The notes beneath the pieces were generated by a model that was given only the letters and a program-made list of their open reading frames with translations, was not told where the DNA came from and searched no databases. A DNA stretch of 64,000 nucleotides from an uncultured Candidatus Rokubacteria bacterium. GTDB lineage: Bacteria > Methylomirabilota > Methylomirabilia > Rokubacteriales > CSP1-6. A program made the position numbers and the translations under genes. Positions 36,249 through 45,780 of the stretch are shown here, piece by piece (the stretch's first letter is position 1; every line of letters begins with the position of its first letter). The DNA lies in the NCBI GenBank assembly GCA_963762145.1, contig CAVXJS010000005.1:1-64000 (forward strand), read 5' to 3'.

Positions 36249-37115
36249 ATGAGCGCGCCCGACACGACCACCCAAGGAGCCGTCCAGGACTCCGGGATCA
36301 CCGTCCGCGTCGAGTCCTTCGTGGGCCCGCTGGACCTGCTGCTCCATCTCTGCCGCACCAACGAGATGGACCTCTCCCGGCTCTCCCTCCGCACGATCAC
36401 CGACCAGTACCTGTCGCACCTCGAGTCGGTACGCTTCCAGGACCTGGAGACCGCGGGCTCCTTCATGGTCATGGCCGCAACCCTCATCTACCTCAAGTCC
36501 AAGCTCCTGTTGCCCGCCAACCCGGACGACCCGGAGGAGGCGCTGGACGACGAAGGGGAGATGCTCAAGCGCGAGCTGGAAGAGCGGCTGCGCGAGTACG
36601 CCCGCGTCAAGGCGCTCGGCACCTGGCTCGCCGAGCGCGAGGCGGAGCAGACCCTGATCTACGGCCGCACCACCGCCGAGCTGCCGCCGCCCGAGGACGT
36701 CCCGCTCGAAGACCTCTCGGTGCACCTCCTCCAGCGCGCGCTCCAGCGACTCATCGAGGACCAGAAGCGCCGCGTACCCCGGCAGGTGGAGCCGAACCCG
36801 CTCTCGGTGCTCGAGCGCATGAGCGAGATGGTGGAGCTGCTGCGCAGCACCTGGTCGCTCCTGTTCTCCTCGGTCGCGGGTCCCGAGCGCATCCGGGCCG
36901 AGTGGGTGGTGACGCTCCTCGCGCTGCTGGAGCTGGTCCGGCTGGGCGAGGCGCGGGCGCGGCAGGCCGAGCTCTTCGGCGAGATCGTGATCGAGCGCAA
37001 CGCGGTCAGTGTGCGGGAGCCCGCGCGCGCGATCGAGGAAGCATCCGGAGAACCGACCCCCGACCCTGACCCTCTCCCCGAAGGGCAGAGGGATTCCGAG
37101 GACTCGCATGCCTGA
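36249..37115 (+). CDS. scpA: Segregation and condensation protein A
   Basis: FVGPLDLLLHL, FMVMAATLIYLKSKLLLP, LLALLELVR, QAELFGEI. Confidence 0.93.
   Translation: MSAPDTTTQGAVQDSGITVRVESFVGPLDLLLHLCRTNEMDLSRLSLRTITDQYLSHLESVRFQDLETAGSFMVMAATLIYLKSKLLLPANPDDPEEALDDEGEMLKRELEERLREYARVKALGTWLAEREAEQTLIYGRTTAELPPPEDVPLEDLSVHLLQRALQRLIEDQKRRVPRQVEPNPLSVLERMSEMVELLRSTWSLLFSSVAGPERIRAEWVVTLLALLELVRLGEARARQAELFGEIVIERNAVSVREPARAIEEASGEPTPDPDPLPEGQRDSEDSHA
37057..37093 (+). repeat. Degenerate CCCTCTCCC..GGGAGAGGG-type palindromic repeat inside scpA 3' end (family C)
   Basis: CCCCCGACCCTGACCCTCTCCCCGAAGGGCAGAGGGA hairpin; an alternate frame reads PPTLTLSPKGRG. Confidence 0.6.
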
Positions 37116-37755
37116 GATCATCGACGTCGTCGAAGCGCTGCTCTTCGCCTCGGACACTCCGGTGGAGGCCTCCCGCCTCCAGGAGGTGCTCGACCTCGAG
37201 TCGCCCACGGTGGCGCGCGAGCTCGTGGAGAGCCTGCGCGCCCGGCTGGACACGGAAGGGCGCGCCCTGCAGGTGATGGAGGTGGGCGGCGGCTTCCGTC
37301 TCGTGACGCGCCCCGAGATCGCCCCGTGGCTCGTGAAGCTGGCGCGCAGCCGCACCCGCTCGCGGCTCTCCCGCCCGTCACTCGAGACGCTCGCCATCAT
37401 CGGCTACCGCCAGCCGGTCTCGCGACCGGAGGTGGACGCGATTCGCGGCGTCAACTCGGACGCGGTGCTGGAGAACCTGCTCGAGCGGCGCATGATCCGG
37501 ATCGCGGGCCGCAAGGAGTCGCCGGGCCGCCCGTTCCTCTACGAGACCACGCGGGAGTTCCTGGTCGCCTTCGGGCTCCGCGATCTCAACGACCTGCCGA
37601 AGGTGGAAGGCGAGCTGATCGTGCCCGAGCTCGCGGAGGCCGCGGCCGCGCAGCTCACCGAGCCCGGGCCCGAGCACGAGGAGACCGCCGCTGCCGCCGA
37701 TCCGGCTGAGCAAGATCCTGGCTCAGGCGGGGATCGCGTCCCGGCGAGCAGCTGA
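37108..37755 (+). CDS. scpB: Segregation and condensation protein B
   Basis: VEALLFAS, LETLAIIGYRQPVSR, IRGV, PGRPFLYETTREFL. Confidence 0.93.
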   Translation: MPEIIDVVEALLFASDTPVEASRLQEVLDLESPTVARELVESLRARLDTEGRALQVMEVGGGFRLVTRPEIAPWLVKLARSRTRSRLSRPSLETLAIIGYRQPVSRPEVDAIRGVNSDAVLENLLERRMIRIAGRKESPGRPFLYETTREFLVAFGLRDLNDLPKVEGELIVPELAEAAAAQLTEPGPEHEETAAAADPAEQDPGSGGDRVPASS

Positions 37756-38416
37756 AGGGCTGCTCGCGGAAGGACGCGTCACCGTCAACGGCCGTGTCCG
37801 GCTCGAGCCGGGCGCCCAGGCGGACCCCGAGCAGGATCGCATCACGCTCGACGGCCGGCCGCTTCCCGGGCGCGCGCCGCTCCAGTATCTGCTCCTGAAC
37901 AAGCTGCGCGGCTACGTGACCACTCGCAATGACCCGGCCGGCCGACCGGTGGTGCTCGATCTGCTCCCGCCCGCCGCGCGCACCGTGTATCCGGTGGGGC
38001 GCCTCGACATCGACGCGGAGGGCCTGCTGCTGCTCACGAACGACGGCGAGCTCGCCAACCGGCTGCTCCACCCGCGCTACGAGATCCCGCGCGTGTACGA
38101 AGTGGAGGTGCGCGGCCGCGTGGACGAGGCGGATCTGCCGCGCTGGCGTGTCGGCGCGATCCTGCCCGACGGCCCCGCGGTGCCCAAGCGCGTCACCCGT
38201 CTCTCCGGCGGACCGCGGAGCACCCGGCTCCGCGTGACGTTCGCGGAAGGGCGTTACCGAGAGGTGAAGCGCTACTGCACCGCGCTGGGCCATCCCGTCG
38301 AGCGGCTCCAGCGCGTGCAGTTCGGCCCGCTCCGCCTGGGCGACCTGGCCCCGGGCGCGCACCGCGCGCTGACGCCGGCCGAGATGAGGGCCCTTGACAA
38401 CTTGCGTGGGGGGTAG
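37691..38416 (+). CDS. rluB: rRNA pseudouridine synthase RluB/RsuA family (probable CTG start)
   Basis: S4 domain IRLSKILAQAGIASRR in frame from about 37700; YPVGRLDIDAEGLLLLTNDG. Confidence 0.88.
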   Translation: MPPIRLSKILAQAGIASRRAAEGLLAEGRVTVNGRVRLEPGAQADPEQDRITLDGRPLPGRAPLQYLLLNKLRGYVTTRNDPAGRPVVLDLLPPAARTVYPVGRLDIDAEGLLLLTNDGELANRLLHPRYEIPRVYEVEVRGRVDEADLPRWRVGAILPDGPAVPKRVTRLSGGPRSTRLRVTFAEGRYREVKRYCTALGHPVERLQRVQFGPLRLGDLAPGAHRALTPAEMRALDNLRGG

Positions 38417-38430
38417 GGTTCCGCTATAGT
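38402..38430 (+). promoter_or_regulatory. Putative sigma70 promoter TTGCGT-17-TATAGT for the pheA operon
   Basis: Near-consensus hexamers with 17-nt spacing; SD AGGAG before ATG 38470. Confidence 0.55.
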
Positions 38431-38469
38431 GCCTGGGGTTACGCGACCGACGTGCTTCAGGAGCCCCCG

Positions 38470-39531
38470 ATGAACCTGGACGATTGGCGATCCAGGATCA
38501 ATAACCTCGACGAAGAGATCCTCAAACTCCTCAACCAGCGCGGTACCGCCGCCCTCCGGATCGGCGAGCTCAAGAGGCAGCAGGGTCTTCCGTACTACAT
38601 TCCCGAGCGCGAAGCCCAGGTTCTCGATCGTCTCGTCGGATTGACCGGAGGTCCGCTCGCGGGCGACGCGATTCGCGCCATCTGGCGGGAGATCCTCTCC
38701 GCCTCGCTCGCCCTCGAGCACCCGCTCCCGGTCGCGTACCTCGGCCCCCCGGGCACCTTCACGCACCAGGCCGCGGTCCGCCGGTTCGGCTCGTCCGCGC
38801 AGCTCCTGGCCGTGCGCACGATCGCGGAGATCTTCGACGAGGTGGAGCGGGGCCGCGCCGAGTTCGGCGTGGTCCCGGTGGAGAACTCGACCGACGGCGC
38901 GGTCAACGTGACGCTCGACAGGCTCCTCGACTCGGACGTGACGATCACCGGCGAGATGACGCTCGACATCTCGCAGCACCTCATCACGCGGGCCGGCGAG
39001 CTCGGCGAGGTGAAGCTGGTGTGCTCGCATCCGCAGGGGCTCGCCCAGTGCCGCGGCTGGCTCGCGGCCCACCTGCCGGAGGCGGTGACCGAGGAGACCC
39101 CGTCCACCGCGGCGGCGGTGGAGCGGGCGCGCGACGACGCCACGGTGGCCGCCATCGCCTCCGACATCGCGGCGCAGGTGCACGGGGTGCCGATCCTCCG
39201 CCGGCGCATCGAGGACAACCCGGCGAACTCCACCCGCTTCCTGGTGATCGGGCGACAGCCGGTCGGACCCACCGGGCGGGACAAGACGTCCATCCTCTTC
39301 TCGATGAAGAACGAGCCGGGCGTGCTCTACAGCATCCTCAAGCCGTTCGCGGCCCACCGGCTCAACCTGACCAAGATCGAATCGCGACCCACGAAACGCC
39401 GCCCCTGGGAGTACGTCAACTTCGTCGACTTCGAGGGGCATAGCGAGACCGAAAACGTCCGGAACGTGCTGGCCGAGGTCCGGGAGCGCTGCCAGTTCCT
39501 GAAGATCCTCGGCTCGTACCCGGCCGCGTAA
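38470..39531 (+). CDS. pheA: Chorismate mutase / prephenate dehydratase
   Basis: AroQ N-domain, YLGPPGTFT, VPVENST, SHPQ, TRF, C-terminal ACT domain IESRP. Confidence 0.95.
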   Translation: MNLDDWRSRINNLDEEILKLLNQRGTAALRIGELKRQQGLPYYIPEREAQVLDRLVGLTGGPLAGDAIRAIWREILSASLALEHPLPVAYLGPPGTFTHQAAVRRFGSSAQLLAVRTIAEIFDEVERGRAEFGVVPVENSTDGAVNVTLDRLLDSDVTITGEMTLDISQHLITRAGELGEVKLVCSHPQGLAQCRGWLAAHLPEAVTEETPSTAAAVERARDDATVAAIASDIAAQVHGVPILRRRIEDNPANSTRFLVIGRQPVGPTGRDKTSILFSMKNEPGVLYSILKPFAAHRLNLTKIESRPTKRRPWEYVNFVDFEGHSETENVRNVLAEVRERCQFLKILGSYPAA

Positions 39532-39543
39532 GGAGCATCCGCA

Positions 39544-40659
39544 ATGAGTGCGTCCTGGGAATCACTCGCCAACGAACACATCCTGGGCATCGCGCCCTAC
39601 GAGCCCGGCAAGCCGATCGAGGAGCTCGAGCGCGAGCTCGGCATCAGCGACGTCATCAAGCTCGCCTCCAACGAGAATCCGCTGGCTCCCTCGGACCGCG
39701 TGATGAAGGCGATGCAGACCGCGCTCACCCACATCAACCGCTATCCGGACGGCAGCGGCTACTACCTGCGCCAGGCCATCGCGCGGCGCCACGGGCTCAC
39801 CTCCGATCACGTCATCCTCGGCAACGGCTCCAACGACATGATCGAGCTGATGGTGCGCGCGTTCCTGCGCCCGGGCGAGGAGGCGGTGATCCCGCATCCC
39901 TCCTTCGTGGTCTACCCGATGATCGTGCAGGCGGTGGGTGGGATCCGGGTGGTGGTGACGCTCAAGGACCAGCGCCTGGACCTGGAGGCGATGGCCCGCG
40001 CGATCACCCCGATGACCAAGATGGTGTTCATCGCGAACCCGAACAACCCGACCGCCACCATCGTGACCGCCGACGAGGTCGAGCACTTCATGGCGCGGGT
40101 GCCCGACAAGGTCATCGTCGTCTTCGACGAGGCCTACGTCGAGTTCGCCCAGGGGCCCGACTTCCCCGACTCGCTCGCCTACCTCAAGCAGGGCCGGAAG
40201 GTCGCCTCGCTGCGCACCTTCTCCAAGGCCGCGAGCCTGGCCGGCCTGCGGGTGGGCTACGGGGTGGCCGATCCCGACTGCATCTCGCTGCTCAACCGCA
40301 TCCGCCAGCCCTTCAACGTGAACTCGGTGGCCCAGGCCGCCGCGCTCGCGGCGCTGGAGGACGACTCCCACGTGGTGGAGTGCCTGCGGATGATCGAGGC
40401 GGGGCGCGCCTTCCTCTCCGACGAGTTCACCGCGCTGAAGCTGAAGTTCGCGCCCTCGCGCGCCAACTTCATCCTGGTGGACGTGGGTCGCAGCGCCAGC
40501 GAGGTCTTCCACTGGCTGCTCAAGGAAGGCGTGATCGTACGGCCGATGACGAGCTTCGGGATGGAGAGTGCGCTGCGCGTCACCATCGGCACGCCCGAGG
40601 AGAACCGGCGGTTCGTGAAGGCGCTCAAGAAGGTCCTCGCGGGGGCCAAGAGCGCGTGA
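39544..40659 (+). CDS. hisC: Histidinol-phosphate / aromatic aminotransferase
   Basis: KLASNENP, NPNNPT, DEAY, RTFSK, GLRVGY. Confidence 0.93.
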   Translation: MSASWESLANEHILGIAPYEPGKPIEELERELGISDVIKLASNENPLAPSDRVMKAMQTALTHINRYPDGSGYYLRQAIARRHGLTSDHVILGNGSNDMIELMVRAFLRPGEEAVIPHPSFVVYPMIVQAVGGIRVVVTLKDQRLDLEAMARAITPMTKMVFIANPNNPTATIVTADEVEHFMARVPDKVIVVFDEAYVEFAQGPDFPDSLAYLKQGRKVASLRTFSKAASLAGLRVGYGVADPDCISLLNRIRQPFNVNSVAQAAALAALEDDSHVVECLRMIEAGRAFLSDEFTALKLKFAPSRANFILVDVGRSASEVFHWLLKEGVIVRPMTSFGMESALRVTIGTPEENRRFVKALKKVLAGAKSA

Positions 40660-41507
40660 TCCGACGCCTCAGTCTGGTCGGTCTCGGGCTGCTGGGCGGA
40701 TCAGTCGCAAAGGCCGCCCGCGCCCAGAAGCTGGCCGACGAGATCGTGGCGGTCGGCCGGGACCGGGCCCGCCTCGAGCCCGCGCTCCAGGAAGGCATGG
40801 TGGATCGCATCAGCACCAGCCTCGAGGACGGAGTGGCGGGCGCCGACTTCTGTCTGCTCGCCACCCCGGTGGCCACCCTCACCGCGCTGCTGCCCGCGGT
40901 CTGGGAGGCGCTGCCCGCGGAGGCGACGCTCACCGACGTCGGCAGCACCAAGGCGGGCATCGTGGACGCGGCGGAGGCCCTCGCGCGCGCGGGCCGGCCG
41001 CTCGCCTTCGTGGGCAGCCACCCGATGGCGGGCTCCGAGCAGAGCGGCTACCGCGTCTCGCGGCCCGATCTGTTCCAGGGCGCGACGGTGATCCTCACCC
41101 CCACCGAGCGCACCGACTCGCACGCGGTCAAGCGGGTGGGGGCCTTCTGGGAAGCGCTCGGGGCGCGCCTGGTGACGCTCGATCCGGTGACCCACGATCG
41201 CGCGACCGCCGCGGTCAGCCACCTGCCGCACCTGGTGGCGGACGCCCTGGTGGACGCGGTGGTGCGCATGGACCCGCGCTTCTTCGAGATCGCGGGACGC
41301 GGGTTCAAGGACACCACCCGCATCGCGGCCTCCGATCCGCAGATGTGGCGCGAGATCTTCCAGGAGAACCGCCAGGGCCTGACCGAGGCGCTCGGCGCCT
41401 TCCGGGTCGCGCTCGACGCCCTCGAGCGCCTGATCGACGCCGGCGACGCGGCCGCCATCGAAGCCGCGCTGGATCGTATCCGCCGGGTGCGGGAGACCGT
41501 AGTGTGA
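40656..41507 (+). CDS. tyrA: Prephenate/arogenate dehydrogenase
   Basis: GLGLLGGS, TDVGSTK, HPMAGSE, SHLPH, GFKDTTRIA. Confidence 0.92.
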   Translation: MIRRLSLVGLGLLGGSVAKAARAQKLADEIVAVGRDRARLEPALQEGMVDRISTSLEDGVAGADFCLLATPVATLTALLPAVWEALPAEATLTDVGSTKAGIVDAAEALARAGRPLAFVGSHPMAGSEQSGYRVSRPDLFQGATVILTPTERTDSHAVKRVGAFWEALGARLVTLDPVTHDRATAAVSHLPHLVADALVDAVVRMDPRFFEIAGRGFKDTTRIAASDPQMWREIFQENRQGLTEALGAFRVALDALERLIDAGDAAAIEAALDRIRRVRETVV

Positions 41508-41539
41508 GGTGCAGCCGAAGGCGAGCCGAACGGATACAA
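41506..41539 (+). repeat. Repeat family B, copy 2
   Basis: GAGGTGCAGCCGAAGGCGAGCCGAACGGATACAA. Confidence 0.75.
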
Positions 41540-41546
41540 AAGAGCC

Positions 41547-41634
41547 GTAAAGGCTTCAGTAGTAAAGGCTTCAGTAGTAAAGGCTTCAGCTCAGTAAAGG
41601 CTAGAAGGCTTCAGTAGTAAAGGCTTCAGCAGTA
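41547..41634 (+). repeat. AT-rich 15-bp tandem repeat (about 5 imperfect copies)
   Basis: Unit GTAAAGGCTTCAGTA. Confidence 0.9.
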
Positions 41635-41653
41635 GACCTCTGAAGGTGACTCC

Positions 41654-42337
41654 GTGAAAGCCGGGCAGCGCGACATCGTGATCACCATCGACGGGCCGGC
41701 GGGCGCGGGCAAGTCCACGGTGGCCGCGGAGCTGGCCCGCCGGCTGGGCTTCACCCTGGTCGACACCGGCGCGCTCTACCGCGGGCTCGCGTGGGCGGTG
41801 CAGGAGGCGGGAGTCGCCGCCGAGGAGGGCCCCGCGCTGGCCGCGGTGCTGGACCGGACGAGCGTGCGGCTCGACGGCGCGCGCGTTCTCGTCAACGGTC
41901 GAGACGTCAGCGCGGAGATCCGCACCCCCGCGATGAGCCGGCTCACGTCGCGGTTGACGACGCTGGGGGTGGTGAGAGATAAGATGACGCCCACCCAGCG
42001 GAGCATGGCCGCGGCGGGCGGCGCCGTGCTCGAGGGGCGCGACACCGGCAGCGTGGTGTGGCCGGAGGCCGAGGTGAAGGTCTATCTCGACGCGGATCTC
42101 GATACGCGGGCCCGCCGCCGCCGGGACGACCTCGTGGCGCGGGGCCTGGGCGGCGATCTGGAGACGGTGCGGGAGGACATCGCGCGGCGCGATCGCCAGG
42201 ACATGGAGCGCGCGCTGGCCCCGCTGGTGAAGCCGGAGGGCGCGGTCGTGGTGGATACCACCGGCCACGGCATCACGGAGGTCGTGGACTCATTGTTGCG
42301 GGTGATCGAACAGGCGAGATGCTGTACGCGATCCTGA
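41654..42337 (+). CDS. cmk: Cytidylate kinase
   Basis: IDGPAGAGKST, DTGALYR, EGRDTGSVV, RDRQD. Confidence 0.95.
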   Translation: MKAGQRDIVITIDGPAGAGKSTVAAELARRLGFTLVDTGALYRGLAWAVQEAGVAAEEGPALAAVLDRTSVRLDGARVLVNGRDVSAEIRTPAMSRLTSRLTTLGVVRDKMTPTQRSMAAAGGAVLEGRDTGSVVWPEAEVKVYLDADLDTRARRRRDDLVARGLGGDLETVREDIARRDRQDMERALAPLVKPEGAVVVDTTGHGITEVVDSLLRVIEQARCCTRS

Positions 42338-43002
42338 AGCCGATCGCGGTGGTGCTGATGCGCCTGCTGTTCCGGCTGGAGGCGGTGGGCCGGGAGCTCG
42401 TGCCCGCCACCGGCCCGGTGCTCATCGTGTCCAATCACGTCAGCGTGCTCGACCCGCCGCTGGTGGGCGGCTCGGTGCCGCGGCCGGTCTACTTCATGGC
42501 CAAGGAGGAGCTGTTCCGCATCCCGCTCTTCGGGCGGCTGATCCGGTCGCTCAACGCGCGGCCGGTGCGGCGGGACGGCTCGGACATGCGGGCGCTGAAG
42601 GGCTCGCTGGCCCTGCTCCAGGAGGGCCGCGCGATCCTCGTGTTTCCCGAGGGTACGCGCGGCGTGGAGGACGAGCCGGTGCGCGCGGGGAGGCCCGGGG
42701 TCGGGATGCTCGCGGTGCTGAGCGGCGCGCCGGTGGTCCCGGTGTACGTGTCCGGTAGCGGCGCGGCGCTGCCGCGGGGACGGGCGCTGCCCCGACCGGG
42801 CAAGGTGCGGGTGACCTTCGGGCCCCCGCTGAGCTTCAAGCGGGAGGGCAAGAGAGCGGGTGACGAGGGACGTAAGGAGGCGTATCGTGAAGCGGCCCAG
42901 GAGATGATGCGCGCCATCGGGCAGCTCCGGGAGCAGCAGAGAGCGGTCCTGAAGCACGGCTGGGATGCCGACCGCGGCACGATTGCGCGGCCGACAATAT
43001 AG
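42319..43002 (+). CDS. plsC: 1-acyl-sn-glycerol-3-phosphate acyltransferase
   Basis: NHVSVLD, FMAKEELF, FPEGTR. Confidence 0.9.
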   Translation: MLYAILKPIAVVLMRLLFRLEAVGRELVPATGPVLIVSNHVSVLDPPLVGGSVPRPVYFMAKEELFRIPLFGRLIRSLNARPVRRDGSDMRALKGSLALLQEGRAILVFPEGTRGVEDEPVRAGRPGVGMLAVLSGAPVVPVYVSGSGAALPRGRALPRPGKVRVTFGPPLSFKREGKRAGDEGRKEAYREAAQEMMRAIGQLREQQRAVLKHGWDADRGTIARPTI

Positions 43003-43026
43003 ATGGATCCAAGGAGAGGTGGAGTC

Positions 43027-44745
43027 ATGGACAACGACAACAAGAAGTCGAAGGCCGCCCTCGTGGGCGTAGCGAAGGAGGTGGGAGATGCCTCCGAGGA
43101 GAGCATGGAGTACTGGTTCAACCGCGGCGTCAGTGACGTCGAGGAAGGCGAGGTAGTTCGCGGTCGCGTGGTCGAGGTGCGCGACAGCGAGGTCCTCGTC
43201 GACATCGGCTACAAGAGCGAGGGCACGATCGCCATCGAGGAGTTCCGGCACGCCGGCGTGCTGCCCAAGGTCGGCGAGGAGATCGAGGTCTACCTCGAGT
43301 CCAAGGAGGACAACGAAGGGCTGATCGTCCTCTCCAAGGACAAGGCGGACAAGATCAAGGTCTGGGACCAGATCTCGAAGGCCCACGACAGCGGCATCCC
43401 GGTGGAAGGCCGGGTCGCCGAGGTGGTCAAGGGCGGCCTCGCGGTCGACGTCGGAGTGCGCGCGTTCCTGCCCGGCTCCCAGGTGGACCTGCGGCCGGTC
43501 AAGAACCTGGGCGCGATGGTCGGTCAGACGATCCGGGCCAAGGTCATCAAGCTCAACCGCCGGCGCGGCAACGTGGTCCTCTCGCGCCGGGCGATGCTCG
43601 AGGAAGAGCGCGAGGAGAAGAAGAAGCACACGCTCTCCGTGCTCTCCGAGGGCATGGTGCTGACCGGCACCGTGAAGAACCTCACCGACTACGGCGCCTT
43701 CATCGACCTGGGGGGCATCGACGGGCTCCTGCACGTCACCGACATGTCGTGGGGCCGGGTGGGGCATCCCTCCGAGATCTTCCAGATCGGCGACCAGGTC
43801 GAGGTGGTGGTGCTGCACTTCGACCGCGAGACCGGCCGGGTCTCGCTGGGCTACAAGCAGAAGTCGTCCGACCCGTGGGCCAACGTGGACGACCGGTATC
43901 CGGTCGGCGGCAAGGTCAACGGGCGCATCGTGAGCCTGACCAACTACGGCGCCTTCGTGGAGCTGGAGCCGGGCGTCGAGGGGCTCGTGCACGTCTCGGA
44001 GATGTCGTGGACCCGACGGGTGCGGCACCCCTCGAAGCTGGTCAACGTGGGGGATACCGTCGAGGTGATGGTGCTCGAGGTCAACAAGGCCACCAAGCGC
44101 ATCTCGCTCGGCATGAAGCAGGTGGAGACGGACCCCTGGGCCACCATCACCGAGCGCTACCAGCCCGGGATGCGGGTGCAGGGCAAGGTGCGCAACCTCA
44201 CCGACTTCGGCGCCTTCGTGGAGCTGGAGCCCGGAGTGGACGGCCTCCTGCACATCTCGGACATGTCCTGGACCCGCAACATCGGGCACCCGTCCGAGCT
44301 GCTCAAGAAGGGCCAGCCCGTCGACACCCAGATCCTCAACGTGGATCGGGAGAACAAGCGCATCTCGCTCGGCCTCAAGCAGATCCAGCCTGATCCGTGG
44401 GACAGCGTGGCCTCGCGGTACCCGATGGGCTCGCGGGTGACGGGCAAGGTCGTGCGCCTCACCGACTTCGGCGCCTTCGTGGAGCTGGAGCCCGGGGTCG
44501 ACGGTCTGCTGCACATCTCGCAGATGTCGAGCCGTCCCATCGCCACCCCCGCCGACATCCTCAACGTGGGTGACGAGCTGACTCTCATGGTGATCCGGGT
44601 GGACCCGAACGAGCGGCGGATCGGCCTCTCCCTGAAGGAGCTGGCCGCGGTCATCGAGGAGCCGGCGCAGACCGACGCCGGGCGTGGCCGGGGTCACAAG
44701 GGGCGCAAGCGCCGCGGCGGCGACGACTACGACGACGAGGAGTAA
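43027..44745 (+). CDS. rpsA: 30S ribosomal protein S1
   Basis: Six S1 repeats (FGAFVELEPGVDGLLHIS). Confidence 0.97.
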   Translation: MDNDNKKSKAALVGVAKEVGDASEESMEYWFNRGVSDVEEGEVVRGRVVEVRDSEVLVDIGYKSEGTIAIEEFRHAGVLPKVGEEIEVYLESKEDNEGLIVLSKDKADKIKVWDQISKAHDSGIPVEGRVAEVVKGGLAVDVGVRAFLPGSQVDLRPVKNLGAMVGQTIRAKVIKLNRRRGNVVLSRRAMLEEEREEKKKHTLSVLSEGMVLTGTVKNLTDYGAFIDLGGIDGLLHVTDMSWGRVGHPSEIFQIGDQVEVVVLHFDRETGRVSLGYKQKSSDPWANVDDRYPVGGKVNGRIVSLTNYGAFVELEPGVEGLVHVSEMSWTRRVRHPSKLVNVGDTVEVMVLEVNKATKRISLGMKQVETDPWATITERYQPGMRVQGKVRNLTDFGAFVELEPGVDGLLHISDMSWTRNIGHPSELLKKGQPVDTQILNVDRENKRISLGLKQIQPDPWDSVASRYPMGSRVTGKVVRLTDFGAFVELEPGVDGLLHISQMSSRPIATPADILNVGDELTLMVIRVDPNERRIGLSLKELAAVIEEPAQTDAGRGRGHKGRKRRGGDDYDDEE

Positions 44746-44751
44746 GCCCGG

Positions 44752-45660
44752 GTGGCCTCACGCGGCCGGGTCGCTCTCATCGCGCTGGGGGCGGGAGTTG
44801 GAGTCCTGGTGTTGTTCGTCGTCACGGTCTGGCTGATCCTGGCCGTGAGTGACGACGGCCTGCCCGGCGGCGCCAAGGTGGCCGTCGTGGAGGTCCAGGG
44901 CGTCATCGGGGTCGGCGCGGACCGGGGGCTCGATACCGAGGCCATCATCCGCACGCTCGGGGAGTACCGTGACGACCCCGCGGTGCGCGCGGTGGTGCTG
45001 CGCATCGACAGCCCGGGCGGCGTGGTCGCGCCGACCCAGGAGATCTTCACCGCGGTGCGCCGGCTCCGGGAGGCCAAGAAGCCGGTGGTCGCCTCGCTGG
45101 GCTCGGTGGCCGCCTCCGGCGGCTACTACGTGGCGGTCTCCGCCGATCGCATCTTCGCGAGCCCCGGCACGCTCACCGGCTCGATCGGCGTCGTGATGCA
45201 GCTCGCCAACGTGGAGGGCCTGCTCAAGAAGGTCGGCGTGGAGTACGTGGTGGTCAAGGCGGGCGCCTACAAGGATGCGGGCAACTTCGCGCGCGCGATG
45301 ACTCCGGAGGAGCGGCGGATCCTCCAGTCCCTCCTCGACGACGTCTACGACCAGTTCATCACCGCGGTCGCGGAAGGCCGCGGCCTCGAGGTCCGCACGG
45401 TGCGCGGGTTCGCGGAGGGACGGATCTACTCGGGTCGCCAGGCGCACGGGCTCAAGATGGTGGACGATCTGGGCGGGCTCGAGGACGCCATCGAGGCCGC
45501 CGCGAAGATGGCGGGCCTGCCGCCGAAGCCCAAGGTGCTCTACCCGCGGCGCCGCTTCTCGTTCCGCGAGCTGCTGCGCAATGAGTGGGGGCTGGGCCCG
45601 GTCTCGAGCATGCTGCCGGCGATGCAGACCCTCCGCACGCCGCTCTACCTGATGCCCTGA
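44752..45660 (+). CDS. sppA: Signal peptide peptidase SppA (S49)
   Basis: RIDSPGG, AASGGYY, TGSIGV, KAGAYKD. Confidence 0.93.
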   Translation: MASRGRVALIALGAGVGVLVLFVVTVWLILAVSDDGLPGGAKVAVVEVQGVIGVGADRGLDTEAIIRTLGEYRDDPAVRAVVLRIDSPGGVVAPTQEIFTAVRRLREAKKPVVASLGSVAASGGYYVAVSADRIFASPGTLTGSIGVVMQLANVEGLLKKVGVEYVVVKAGAYKDAGNFARAMTPEERRILQSLLDDVYDQFITAVAEGRGLEVRTVRGFAEGRIYSGRQAHGLKMVDDLGGLEDAIEAAAKMAGLPPKPKVLYPRRRFSFRELLRNEWGLGPVSSMLPAMQTLRTPLYLMP

Positions 45661-45703
45661 TCCGCCACCTCCAGGCCGGATGCCCGCTAACTACCCAGGT
45701 TGC

Positions 45704-45733
45704 TTGACAAACTTTCGCCTGCCGTGATACGGT
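45704..45733 (+). promoter_or_regulatory. Putative sigma70 promoter TTGACA-18-TACGGT (with TGn) for ihfB
   Basis: Perfect -35 and extended -10 in the intergenic region. Confidence 0.5.
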
Positions 45734-45780
45734 CTCGTCGTCGTTAAGCCTGTCCGCCGGCCCTCTAAAGGGAGTCGCCC

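Noticed and set aside
38394-38430. Perfect TTGACA paired with TATAGT
   Set aside because: The 25-nt spacing is too long; TTGCGT at 38402 gives the correct 17 nt.
42082-44697. Long minus-strand ORFs (also 46428-49043, 13208-15142, 54666-56450 and others)
   Set aside because: Antisense shadows of high-GC3 genes; no recognisable domains.
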